From a virus: DNA of 15,640 bases. The first letter of the stretch is position 1. Each line of letters starts with the position of its first letter. This document shows, piece by piece, positions 1 through 8,997 of the stretch. A program made the translations under genes and the position numbers. The stretch lies in the UHGV virus genome UHGV-0333408, one strand, 5' to 3'. A model generated the notes under the pieces. The model was given only the letters and a program-made list of their open reading frames with translations. It made no database searches and was not told the DNA's origin.

Positions 1-120
1 ATATCGAATGTGATTACAATCGGTGGCGGCGGCACAGTTGGTGTGGCGGCCTCAGTCCGGAACAATTTGAAAACAAGAACCTCGCTTAGGCCTGTGTCCA
101 TATTACGTGGGTAGGATCAT

Positions 121-419
121 AATGCGCTGAACTGTGCAGGATGCGAGCTGATTTTTGAAGACAAGATAAGCGGCACAAAGTCCGAAAGGCCGGGACTGAA
201 AAAACTGCTCAGGACATTATCGGCAGGTGACACTCTGGTTGTCTGGAAGCTGCTCGCGCACAGGGACGAATTGGTGGACGTCGTCCCAAACTTACACCAG
301 AACAATGGGCGCAGGCCGGGCGATTAATTGCATCAGGCGTTCCTCGCCAGAAGGTGGCGATCATCTATGATGTTGGTATATCGACACTGTATAAGAAGTT
401 TCCGGTCGGAGATAAATGA
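121..419 (+). pseudogene. Remnant of a Pin/Hin/Gin-family DNA invertase (serine recombinase): N-terminally truncated, with an internal out-of-frame deletion
   Basis: Frame A (121-252) reads NALNCAGCELIFEDKISGTKSERPGLKKLLRTLSAGDTLVVWKL, matching the N-terminal domain of Pin-type invertases from about residue 21. Frame B (about 253-419) reads ARAQGRIGGRRPKLTPEQWAQAGRLIASGVPRQKVAIIYDVGISTLYKKFPVGDK, matching the C-terminal HTH. A stop at 112-114 lies immediately upstream in frame, so the catalytic-serine N-terminus is missing, and about 55 codons between the two blocks are absent with a frame change. Confidence 0.8.
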
Positions 420-439
420 AACCGTAGCACGTCGTATGC
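402..439. repeat. Imperfect direct repeat, copy 1 (CCGGTC..GAAACCGTAGCACGTCGTATGC)
   Basis: Found by eye. Copy 2 at 1436-1468 shares CCGGTC, GAAA(A)CCGTAG, (A)CAC and GTATGC in the same order, about 26 of 33 positions. The two copies bracket the GIY-YIG gene. Confidence 0.5.
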
Positions 440-479
440 AAGAAGATCGTGCTGCGGTTTATGCTTATCACTTAAAGAC

Positions 480-1298
<819 letters not shown>

Positions 1299-1435
1299 TC
1301 ATTGCAAGGGCTCACAACCAGTAGTGTTGAGAAAACCATCGGAGAAATGAGGCTAAGCCTTTGAATTTACATAGTACAAAAAAGATACTTTTCCTCATAA
1401 TGTGAGCTAATTTTATGTTTCGTTTGATGATTGGA

Positions 1436-1468
1436 CCGGTCTCGAAAACCGTAGACACATAGTATGCG
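1436..1468. repeat. Imperfect direct repeat, copy 2
   Basis: See copy 1 at 402-439. Confidence 0.5.
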
Positions 1469-1659
1469 TTAATTTATGAACAAACTACTTGTCTGCTGTT
1501 TTTCTGTCATTAGCCGTATATAGAATGATTCTCTATGCCTAACAAAGCATCACCAGTGCTAGATTACGTTGTAGTCACTGTTTAAATATCCAGATAAAAC
1601 ATTTCCTTCTGGGTTGAATGAGTGATAAAGTTTCACCCATTAGACCCCTTGGAGGAATT

Positions 1660-3093
1660 ATGTCTGAATTTGAAGTGTTGGCACAGCATCTGCTGAAGGA
1701 AGCCGAGGCGGAAGAAAAGCTGCGACAGGAAAATGATAAAAAGCTTATCGAGAAAGTGCTGGAAATCTATGATCAGAAGTATGTGGCTGAATTACTGAGA
1801 AAAGTCGGAAAAAATGAGTGGAGCCGTGAAACCATTAACCGCTGGATTAATGGCAAGTGTTTACCAAAATCGTTGACTTCAGTAGAAGAGTCTCTTCTGC
1901 GTAAGATGCTACCAGAACCACCTGCAAACCATCCGGAATATGCTTTCCGCTTCATTGACTTATTTGCTGGAATTGGAGGGATACGGAAAGGTTTTGAGGC
2001 CATTGGAGGCCAGTGTGTTTTTACCAGTGAATGGAATAAAGATGCTGTGCGTACATACAAGGCCAACTGGTTTAACGATGAACAGGTGCATAAATTCAAT
2101 CTCGATATTCGGGAAGTCACGCTGAGTGATAAAACCGATGTATTGGAAACGGATGCTTATGCATATATTGATGAGCATGTGCCGGATCATGATGTGCTTC
2201 TTGCGGGGTTCCCGTGCCAGCCATTTAGCCTTGCTGGTGTTAGTAAGAAAAACTCACTTGGTCGTGCGCATGGTTTTGAATGTGAAGCACAAGGAACACT
2301 TTTTTTTGACGTGGCACGTATTATACGAGCAAAAAAACCGGCAATTTTTGTGCTGGAAAATGTCAAAAATCTGAAGAGCCATGATAAGGGTAAAACTTTC
2401 AAAGTCATTATGGAGACCCTTGACGAGCTGGGCTACGAAGTTGCCGATGCTGCAGAAATGGGAAAAAACGATCCAAAGATTATCGATGGGAAGCATTTTT
2501 TGCCTCAGCATCGTGAACGCATTGTTCTGGTCGGATTTAGACGAGATCTGAATATTCACAAGGGGTTTACCTTGCGTGATATCAGTCGTTTTTATCCGGA
2601 ACACCGCCCATCATTTGGTGAATTGCTGGAGCCTGTAGTCGACAGTAAATATATACTTACGCCAAAACTATGGGAGTACCTTTATAACTACGCCAAAAAG
2701 CATGCAGCCAAGGGGAATGGTTTTGGCTTTGGGTTGGTCAATCCTGAGAATAAGGAAAGCATTGCACGCACACTTTCTGCCAGATATCACAAAGACGGAT
2801 CAGAAATTCTTATTGATCGTGGTTGGGATATGGCAACGGGAGAGGCTGACTTTATGAATGAGAGTAATCAGGCTCGTCGACCACGCAGGCTGACTCCCCG
2901 AGAGTGCGCACGCCTTATGGGATTTGAAAAACCTGGAGGGAAACCATTCCGTATTCCGGTTTCAGATACTCAGTCATATCGGCAGTTCGGTAACTCAGTT
3001 GTGGTGCCAGTATTTGAAGCTGTTGCCAGACTTCTGGAACCCTATATCCTCAAAGCTGTTTCTGCTGATGCTGGTAAGACTGGGCAGCCTTGA
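1660..3093 (+). CDS. ecoRIIM: DNA (cytosine-5) methyltransferase, Dcm / M.EcoRII-like (CCWGG family), 477 aa
   Basis: C5-methyltransferase motifs are present: [15 protein letters not shown] (motif I), [11 protein letters not shown] (motif IV, catalytic Cys), ENV (motif VI), [10 protein letters not shown] (motif X). The whole protein is near-colinear with E. coli Dcm as I recall it. The start is placed at the ATG at 1660 (GGAGG four nt upstream) rather than the first in-frame ATG at 1618 (no SD), giving 477 aa, the length I recall for M.EcoRII. Confidence 0.92.
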   Translation: MSEFEVLAQHLLKEAEAEEKLRQENDKKLIEKVLEIYDQKYVAELLRKVGKNEWSRETINRWINGKCLPKSLTSVEESLLRKMLPEPPANHPEYAFRFIDLFAGIGGIRKGFEAIGGQCVFTSEWNKDAVRTYKANWFNDEQVHKFNLDIREVTLSDKTDVLETDAYAYIDEHVPDHDVLLAGFPCQPFSLAGVSKKNSLGRAHGFECEAQGTLFFDVARIIRAKKPAIFVLENVKNLKSHDKGKTFKVIMETLDELGYEVADAAEMGKNDPKIIDGKHFLPQHRERIVLVGFRRDLNIHKGFTLRDISRFYPEHRPSFGELLEPVVDSKYILTPKLWEYLYNYAKKHAAKGNGFGFGLVNPENKESIARTLSARYHKDGSEILIDRGWDMATGEADFMNESNQARRPRRLTPRECARLMGFEKPGGKPFRIPVSDTQSYRQFGNSVVVPVFEAVARLLEPYILKAVSADAGKTGQP

Positions 3094-3099
3094 GAACAT

Positions 3100-3122
3100 C
3101 TCCCGGCCTTTTAAGCCGGGAG
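3100..3122. terminator. Stem-loop between the convergent M and R genes (CTCCCGGC-cttttaa-GCCGGGAG)
   Basis: An 8-bp perfect inverted repeat lies exactly between the two stop codons (3091-3093 and 3128-3130). There is no clear U-tract on either side, so function as a terminator is inferred from position only. Confidence 0.4.
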
Positions 3123-3127
3123 TCAGC

Positions 3128-4342
3128 CTATGATAGTTCAGCGTAAAGCTCTATCAGCTCAGTAATGAATGCTCCGAGCGTTATTAATTCTTCTCTAACT
3201 GCTTCTGGGTATTTTTTATGTAAAGTTGATGGTACAACGAGTCTGACACCCGCATCTTTCATTTCTCGGTATTGTGCTGAAGAAACACCTTCTTGCAGTG
3301 TAAATAAATGTACCTGATGGATTTTATCTGCTTCATTCAGTATCTGACGCCAGCGATCTTTGCAGGTGGTCTTTACTGCCAGCATACGTAAGTTTTCTAC
3401 AGGAAATTCAACGTTATGATATGCCTCTGCTGAAGGAAACAGGAAATCTGGTTTTTTATTACCTTCAGTAACTGCCTGAGTGGAGAAATGCCGTAGTCCG
3501 TGCTCGATAAAAAGCTTCTCTAGGTGAAGTTCAAGTGATTTGCCTGCCCTTGATTTACGTCGATTACTGACAGAGTTGGCTAATGCAATAAACTCATCTA
3601 CAGAATCGAATCCTTTCTTAATAATATCAAGAACATGTAATTCCTCGACGAGTAGAAAAATATCATACTCGACACGCCGACGGTCAATCAGTTGCTCATC
3701 TGGATCCTTGGAGTTTTTAGCATAATGGCCAGCAGCATATTGAATAATTTCGTTTCCAGAAGGAAAACGCTTCTTCCAGTCTTCAGGAATAACATATTTA
3801 TGATTTACTGGAGTTTGCTGAAGAGACAATCCGCCCAAAATTTGTCCGGCAGGGCCGGAAATTAGGGTTCCAGGTATGATTTCGCCAATAGCAGACTCGA
3901 TGATATCCTCTTCATCGGGATTGACGCAGACCCATATATCTACCTCGGAACAGTCAGTGTTCTGTTCGTTTAACCTGAAAGCAAGAATTGTGAGGGCTCC
4001 TGTATTTTCAGGGTTCTGTAATGGACTTCCTCTCCCCCAGCGCGTAATTCTTTTTTCGTTTCGGGTCTTACCAAAATAACGGTTGTTGTAATAAATTGCG
4101 CGTGCTTGGGTATCAGGGCAATCATGGGATGATACATGCGCAGTAAGGAAGACTGAAGGGTTCAGTTCGCGAGTATGATTGATAGATGGAAAAAGCTTTT
4201 CAACGATATTTGAGGGGATATAAAGTCCGACCTGATGGCCACCTGTTGCGCCTGTGTCGTTTGCAGAAAGGCGTTTGATGTAGATAAAGTAATTCCCGCT
4301 TGCGATATCAAGCAGCCAGTTATGAAAAACCGACATATACAT
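3128..4342 (-). CDS. ecoRIIR: Type IIE restriction endonuclease, EcoRII-like, 404 aa
   Basis: 404-codon ORF convergent with the Dcm-like gene. Numbering from the first ATG puts Asp299 in KPDFLF, Lys324 in LAVKTT and Glu337 in ILNEADK, which are the catalytic residues I recall being published for EcoRII. The length equals the recalled 404 aa. A better Shine-Dalgarno (AAGGGA) serves the ATG two codons downstream at 4336, so the start is ambiguous by two codons. Confidence 0.88.
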   Translation of the reverse strand: MYMSVFHNWLLDIASGNYFIYIKRLSANDTGATGGHQVGLYIPSNIVEKLFPSINHTRELNPSVFLTAHVSSHDCPDTQARAIYYNNRYFGKTRNEKRITRWGRGSPLQNPENTGALTILAFRLNEQNTDCSEVDIWVCVNPDEEDIIESAIGEIIPGTLISGPAGQILGGLSLQQTPVNHKYVIPEDWKKRFPSGNEIIQYAAGHYAKNSKDPDEQLIDRRRVEYDIFLLVEELHVLDIIKKGFDSVDEFIALANSVSNRRKSRAGKSLELHLEKLFIEHGLRHFSTQAVTEGNKKPDFLFPSAEAYHNVEFPVENLRMLAVKTTCKDRWRQILNEADKIHQVHLFTLQEGVSSAQYREMKDAGVRLVVPSTLHKKYPEAVREELITLGAFITELIELYAELS

Positions 4343-4412
4343 CCCTTTGTTAACATACAGTCAGGGTTAACATTTTTCCATAGTTATAGATAAGCGGCTA
4401 GGAACTTAAGGG

Positions 4413-4447
4413 AAAAACAAAAAGCCCGCATAAGCGGGCTTTTGTGT
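4413..4447. terminator. Bidirectional rho-independent terminator (AAAAAGCCCGC-ataa-GCGGGCTTTTG)
   Basis: A 6-bp GC stem with a 4-nt loop, flanked by an A-run on the 5' side and a T-run on the 3' side, so it can terminate on both strands. It sits between the att core and the R gene start, insulating the R gene from read-through out of the prophage. Confidence 0.7.
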
Positions 4448-4570
4448 CACTCGAGAGCCGCGGCTCCTTTGCGTATCCTTTTTTGTCTCCTCACCGTCTG
4501 GTCGGTGTCCTGCTGAGACTGCTAACTTCCTGTTTTTGTTGGTGTTGTCCTTACACCGTCCAATCATGAT

Positions 4571-4607
4571 TGGTGGAGCTGGCGGGAGTTGAACCCGAGT
4601 CCGAAAT
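4571..4607 (-). other. 37-bp copy of the 3' end of tmRNA (ssrA), one mismatch; putative prophage att core (attL-type junction)
   Basis: The + strand reads TGGTGGAGCTGGCGGGAGTTGAACCCGAGTCCGAAAT. This is the reverse complement of the E. coli ssrA 3' terminus (...ATTTCGGACGCGGGTTCAACTCCCGCCAGCTCCACCA) with a single C-to-A change. No tmRNA body follows, because 4615-5439 is protein-coding, so this is a partial att-type duplicate and not the gene. Confidence 0.8.
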
Positions 4608-4614
4608 AATTTAA

Positions 4615-5439
4615 CTATTTGTTTTTATTGTAATCGTGTTCATTTATAAAATCTGCGTAGCTTTTGCGTATCCTTTGACGTATTGCAGCAGTCCTACTTT
4701 TATTGAGCTTTTTAAACGTAAAGCTTGCGACATAGTCTATTGAACCATTAAAAGTCTGCGAGTCGACCAATGCGACTTCGGTTTCAAATAATTCAACAAT
4801 ATGTTTACCACCAATATCTTGATATTTTATTTCTAACATTGGTCCTTTAGTTTTATAAATATCGATTTGACCCTTAAGGTTTAGCATTATATCGTTCATT
4901 AAAAAGACTAAGGAAAGTGTTTGAAATTTTAGCTCAGCCTTTGTTTTTTCTACACTGTATGGTAAAAAACATTGTATGAATTCACTTTCCTTATTAATTA
5001 TATGTGTCATCATTCGGAGGTTGCTTCTTGAATAAAAGATTAGGTCGTTGTCACTTTCTTCAAAATGATAATTAAATAAAAATCTAGATGGGTCGGCTGG
5101 AGCTTCAGCGGAATTTAATTTATATAGCCTCTGCTGAAGATATTGTGCATATTCTTGGTGGTTGAAAATCCATTTATACTCGATATTTACAGCAGCACCT
5201 AATCCCGGATTTATTACATTGATTTTATATTCGTTATAAGTATTCCCATTTAAAATGTCTAAATCAAAGTCGTTTTTTACATTGCATTTACCTTTGAAGT
5301 GAAAATTTTGAGGTATGATCTGTGGTCTATACATACTTCTTCTCTGCATTATGGCTTGATAAATACCACAAGCAGCAAGAAATGCTGATATCATTGCAGC
5401 AATGCTGGAAACTACAGCTATCCATCGATCTAAAGTCAT
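4615..5439 (-). CDS. Hypothetical membrane-anchored protein (274 aa), AT-rich moron between att core and int
   Basis: Uninterrupted ORF. One predicted N-terminal transmembrane helix (WIAVVSSIAAMISAFLAACGIY) is followed by a basic stretch (QRRSMYRPQ), suggesting a cytoplasmic C-terminal domain. GC content is visibly much lower than the flanking prophage backbone. No motif I recognise. Confidence 0.7.
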   Translation of the reverse strand: MTLDRWIAVVSSIAAMISAFLAACGIYQAIMQRRSMYRPQIIPQNFHFKGKCNVKNDFDLDILNGNTYNEYKINVINPGLGAAVNIEYKWIFNHQEYAQYLQQRLYKLNSAEAPADPSRFLFNYHFEESDNDLIFYSRSNLRMMTHIINKESEFIQCFLPYSVEKTKAELKFQTLSLVFLMNDIMLNLKGQIDIYKTKGPMLEIKYQDIGGKHIVELFETEVALVDSQTFNGSIDYVASFTFKKLNKSRTAAIRQRIRKSYADFINEHDYNKNK

Positions 5440-5476
5440 AATGAAATCTCTGCCTAAAAGAGACAGAGATTATTTG
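5440..5476 (-). terminator. Hairpin between the int stop and the downstream membrane-protein gene
   Basis: On the minus strand: AATCTCTG-(loop)-CAGAGATT followed by TTTCATT. The position immediately after int fits a terminator or processing site, but the hairpin is weak. Confidence 0.3.
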
Positions 5477-6652
5477 TTATTTTTTGATTGTTTTCAATGC
5501 ATTTGCTGATGTGTTGTTATCGTAATCCTTTAGATACCTACCATAGTGCCTAAATAGCATTTCAGGCCCTTTATGACCCATTTGAGCCGCCAACCAGAAT
5601 AAGTTCACACCACGACTGATTTGTCGAGTCGCGAAGGTATGGCGTGTTTGGTATGGATTTCGGTACCGAATACCAGCCTTTCGCAATGTTGGCACCCATG
5701 CTTTTTTTCTAATTGCATCAGCACTTGCCCAGGGCTTATTGGTCTTTGGATCTTCAAAGACAGTAGCATCCTTCATGAATGTAAATGGCTTCTGGTTTAT
5801 CAACGCCAACATTGCTTCTTCAGTCAGTTCAACTTTACGGGTACCGGCTTTTGTCTTTGTCCCTTTGATAACACCAACAACACTTGCGCTCTGGACATGG
5901 GCAGTTTTCCCAACAAAGTCGATATCTCGCCATCGAAGGGCACATAATTCAGAACTACGCAGGCCTGTATGTATAGCGAACCGGAACAGATTTTCCCATT
6001 GTTTGTTTGCGGCTGCTGCTAGTAATGCATCAACTTCTGCTGGTGATAGCGGATCAACCACGTAGCTGCTTTCTGCTTCTGACTTATCACTTTGGTAGCG
6101 CGAAGCAGTTACTAACGATACGGGGTTAATTTGAAGTACCCCATCGGTCACGGCTTCATCAAGTGCTGACCGCAGGAAAGATAACTGGTTGCGAATGGTT
6201 TTTAAGGTAGTTTTCTGGCTTTGAATCCACGCTTTCAGGGTTGCTGGTGTTAATTCACTTGCAGGGCAAATGTGAAGTGAGGCTAACGCACTACGGCATT
6301 TTTTATAACCACCAATCGTAGAGGGTGAAAGTTTTCTTGTTTCGCAGATTTCAAGATATTCGTCTAGGTACATTTTTACCGTTTTGCCTGCAGCAGCATT
6401 ACCAAAAATTTTCAAACGAGCAGAACTGGGAAAATATTCCGCATAAATGAATGTTCCCCTTTCGATCTTATTATGAATTTCGCCGAGTGTGCGCTCGGCG
6501 TATTTAATGTTCTTTGGTGTTACTTCCAGATTGGAAAGAGGCTCACGACATTTAACACCTTTGTAGGTGAAAGTTATATTGATCGTTTCGCCCTGGCGGT
6601 GTTTCCTGATTGTTACGCCGCGCGGTAGTTTGAGCAGTTTTGTCTGGCCCAT
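5477..6652 (-). CDS. int: Tyrosine-type site-specific integrase (lambda Int family), 391 aa
   Basis: The C-terminal catalytic region has the conserved RHTFAT and FRHYGRY (tyrosine nucleophile) blocks. GAGG lies 8 nt upstream of the ATG. The gene reads toward the ssrA-derived att core, with an excisionase-like gene overlapping its 5' end, as in lambda. Confidence 0.93.
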   Translation of the reverse strand: MGQTKLLKLPRGVTIRKHRQGETINITFTYKGVKCREPLSNLEVTPKNIKYAERTLGEIHNKIERGTFIYAEYFPSSARLKIFGNAAAGKTVKMYLDEYLEICETRKLSPSTIGGYKKCRSALASLHICPASELTPATLKAWIQSQKTTLKTIRNQLSFLRSALDEAVTDGVLQINPVSLVTASRYQSDKSEAESSYVVDPLSPAEVDALLAAAANKQWENLFRFAIHTGLRSSELCALRWRDIDFVGKTAHVQSASVVGVIKGTKTKAGTRKVELTEEAMLALINQKPFTFMKDATVFEDPKTNKPWASADAIRKKAWVPTLRKAGIRYRNPYQTRHTFATRQISRGVNLFWLAAQMGHKGPEMLFRHYGRYLKDYDNNTSANALKTIKK

Positions 6653-6819
6653 TTTGCAACCTCACTAAGATCAATCCACCTCTCCTTAACGCCTTCAACC
6701 TTTAAAACCTGAACACCTTCACGCCAAACACCGCGCTGTACACGTTTGTTTATTGCTTCAGGAGTTTCGCCAGTTTCTTTGCAATAAGTTGAGATAGGAA
6801 CACAATCGAGGTTCAGCAT
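6613..6819 (-). CDS. xis: Excisionase-like small DNA-binding protein (68 aa)
   Basis: Small ORF immediately upstream of int, overlapping it by 40 bp (lambda xis and int overlap in the same way). GGAG lies 6 nt upstream of the ATG at 6819. The ORF track begins at a GTG at 6831. Confidence 0.6.
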   Translation of the reverse strand: MLNLDCVPISTYCKETGETPEAINKRVQRGVWREGVQVLKVEGVKERWIDLSEVAKWARQNCSNYRAA

Positions 6820-6878
6820 ATGTTTCTCCACTTAGCCCGCTGCACATGGGCAGTAATATCAAATTCCAGTCCTGATAA

Positions 6879-7094
6879 TTAATTTTGTTCTCTGGTTGCT
6901 ACTTGTTTTATTGGCCTGATGCTGTCCAGTAGCAGACGGCGACGCATGTTAGGTGCACCCCAACGGTAACCAGTCTTTTTGTCGTAGGATTCACAACGTC
7001 CGGCAACCCAGGACGTTTCAGTGGAATGTAATTTCATCCGCTTTTCACCGTCTCGGGTGATAACAATTCCTGTATGAGTTTTTATCACGCTCAT
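6879..7094 (-). CDS. Hypothetical prophage protein (71 aa)
   Basis: ORF whose start overlaps the stop of the upstream gene (ATGA-type coupling). No recognisable motif. Confidence 0.5.
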   Translation of the reverse strand: MSVIKTHTGIVITRDGEKRMKLHSTETSWVAGRCESYDKKTGYRWGAPNMRRRLLLDSIRPIKQVATREQN

Positions 7095-7453
7095 TTCTTA
7101 GTCTCTGGTGCTTTCGGCATTACTGCCCAGTGAGTGATATTGACGTTTTCAAGGTCCCCGACCTGAAATGTCCACTGCCATTCTCCGGTTTCTTTTTGTC
7201 CCCAGGTGTACCAGAGAGAACGCCAGCCAATCAGCCAGCCTTCTCCGTTAGCATCGAATAACAAAACACTTTCATTTGCTGGTGGCAGTTCAGTTGACAC
7301 TGGTATTACTTTGTTTTCCTGTGCTGCACATTTAGCTTCAAGCGCATCGAATTTACGCACCAGGTATTCAGCATCTGTTTCATTTACTTTCAGATCTCGC
7401 GGTACACATCTCCCACGAAGAAAACCTTCCATTTCGAAAACATTCATGCGCAT
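7091..7453 (-). CDS. yfdS: DUF551-like prophage protein (120 aa), YfdS-like
   Basis: The C-terminal NITHWAVMPKAPE resembles the conserved THW-MPLP-P end of DUF551 proteins. The length matches what I recall for E. coli CPS-53 YfdS. An alternative ATG at 7447 overlaps the upstream stop as ATGA. Confidence 0.55.
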   Translation of the reverse strand: MRMNVFEMEGFLRGRCVPRDLKVNETDAEYLVRKFDALEAKCAAQENKVIPVSTELPPANESVLLFDANGEGWLIGWRSLWYTWGQKETGEWQWTFQVGDLENVNITHWAVMPKAPETKK

Positions 7454-7980
7454 TTGCGTAACTCCGATAACTCGTTAAAGCGTTCCATAAACATCCCGTA
7501 GGCATGGCCCGGTGCCAGTGGAATCACGTTGAACATCTCTGTTGCCGGGATACCTTCCAGTACAGGCCAGAAAGAGCCATCATCAAGCCCGAGATCGCGG
7601 CGTTCGGTTGCCAGCATGATGAGATCGGCATATTTCACGGGCGTACTCATAACCGGGGGTAATCCGTATTTCTCACGGATTACGGAGTCTATTTTTTCTT
7701 CCATTTGTTTATAGTCAGGAAGAAGGCGTTTCAGTGGTGCGGGAATGTCCTGGCAATACGCTTCTGTTGCATCATGCATTAACGCTTCAAAAGCAAATTC
7801 CTGCGGCACCAGCTGGCTGCAAAGAACCGCATGTTGGGCGACGCTGTAGAAGTGCGAAAGATGACCGGCAAAGCGACAGATATTTGAAAGGGAAACCGCG
7901 ATATCGTTAATATCGATGTCGTCTTTATTTATCCTGTCATAATAAAAATGCTTCCCGGAAAAAGTTTTAATAAATGACAT
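7444..7980 (-). CDS. yfdR: HD-domain phosphohydrolase (YfdR-like 5'-nucleotidase family), 178 aa
   Basis: HD-superfamily metal-binding pattern: CRFAGH ... SVAQHA ... MHDATEAY ... D. The start is placed at the ATG at 7980 (GGAG 6 nt upstream) rather than the GTG at 8007, giving 178 aa, the length I recall for K-12 YfdR. Confidence 0.7.
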   Translation of the reverse strand: MSFIKTFSGKHFYYDRINKDDIDINDIAVSLSNICRFAGHLSHFYSVAQHAVLCSQLVPQEFAFEALMHDATEAYCQDIPAPLKRLLPDYKQMEEKIDSVIREKYGLPPVMSTPVKYADLIMLATERRDLGLDDGSFWPVLEGIPATEMFNVIPLAPGHAYGMFMERFNELSELRKCA

Positions 7981-8107
7981 TTTGTTCTCCACGTATATGC
8001 GCTGCACCGCGCTGAATTTGGGTAAAAGGAAGCCCTCACCATCCGGTGATTATTGAGTTAATTACGTTTCCATAAATGCCCCCGCAGGGGCATTTGCAGT
8101 AATGAAA

Positions 8108-8932
8108 TCAGGCGGTGAAAGTACCAATAAAGGTTTCTACTTTGCTGTCCTTGAATTTCTCAACAAGCAGATCACGAAATTCGTTAGCCATTTCTTCCTG
8201 CACCGCCTCCAGCTGAATAATGCGCAGAACCAGTACCGGACGATCGCCAGTGATAATGCTGAGGCGTAATTTAAACGGACGTTCTTTCAGACCTTCAAAC
8301 GGAATGCATTTAAATTCAAATGCCACTGGCATAATGTCTTTGGTCTTCGCTTCGACAGACTCCATCAGGGAGCGTTTGCCGCTGAAGTCATTATCTTCAA
8401 AATCAGCGGTCTGGTTTGCTTCAATCGTGATTTTACGGACCGCCGCAGCCGCTTTTGTTGCCTGAATGGTGTCACCATTAGCATCAAAGCCCACAAGGTA
8501 GTCGGCCCAGTCTTCAATCCATTCTGCCAGTGATTTCTGGGAGTTACGCTCGCCATTAACAGACAACAGAGCAGAGAACGGTGCTGTCTTTTTCAGTTTG
8601 AGAGTGGCGGTGTTATCTGCGTGACCTGGTTCATCAATAGTACCCAGGTTAAGCACACTGACGGCACGCATATTATCAGCATCGATAAAGCAGCGGGTGC
8701 CTTCATCTGCAAGATCTTTAGAATAACGGGTAAAGTCATCGATGCTGGCAGTGGAAAGCGCACCACGGAAACGGAAGCGATTTAAATTAAATTTTTCCAG
8801 ATCATGAATGCGGAAATTCTCAGGCAATGCCACAGCATCGGCACCAATCTTACTGATAATTTCATTAACACCCTGAGCAGAAATAAGGGCATGGATTTGA
8901 TTAATTGCGGTTGCGTCTAAGTTCTGAGACAT
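8108..8932 (-). CDS. yfdQ: Conserved prophage protein, DUF2303 / YfdQ-like (274 aa)
   Basis: Uninterrupted ORF with an RBS. Length and position (upstream of the HD-domain gene) match the yfdQ-yfdR arrangement I recall from K-12 CPS-53. Function unknown. Confidence 0.6.
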   Translation of the reverse strand: MSQNLDATAINQIHALISAQGVNEIISKIGADAVALPENFRIHDLEKFNLNRFRFRGALSTASIDDFTRYSKDLADEGTRCFIDADNMRAVSVLNLGTIDEPGHADNTATLKLKKTAPFSALLSVNGERNSQKSLAEWIEDWADYLVGFDANGDTIQATKAAAAVRKITIEANQTADFEDNDFSGKRSLMESVEAKTKDIMPVAFEFKCIPFEGLKERPFKLRLSIITGDRPVLVLRIIQLEAVQEEMANEFRDLLVEKFKDSKVETFIGTFTA

Positions 8933-8997
8933 AATAAGTCCTCACTATATAAAGATATTCAGTGATGAGATAAATAATCAGTTAATTAAGAACGATA

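Noticed and set aside
117-305. 62-aa minus-strand ORF
   Set aside because: It lies antisense to the clearly recognisable invertase remnant and has no features of its own.
1618-1659. Upstream in-frame ATG that would give a 491-aa methyltransferase
   Set aside because: There is no Shine-Dalgarno before 1618. The ATG at 1660 has GGAGG at ideal spacing and gives 477 aa, the length I recall for M.EcoRII. The 14-codon extension is probably not translated.
1773-2604. Several 60-116 aa ORFs on both strands inside the methyltransferase gene
   Set aside because: They are alternative-frame shadows inside a strongly supported gene and have no RBS or motifs.
3094-3127. Looked for a vsr gene immediately after the Dcm-like gene
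   Set aside because: Only 34 bp separate the M stop from the convergent R gene stop. No Vsr-like ORF is present anywhere in the window.
4571-4950. Possibility that an intact tmRNA (ssrA) gene is present
   Set aside because: Only the last 37 nt match. The sequence where the tmRNA body would lie (4608 onward) is AT-rich and protein-coding, so this is an att-type partial copy, not the gene.
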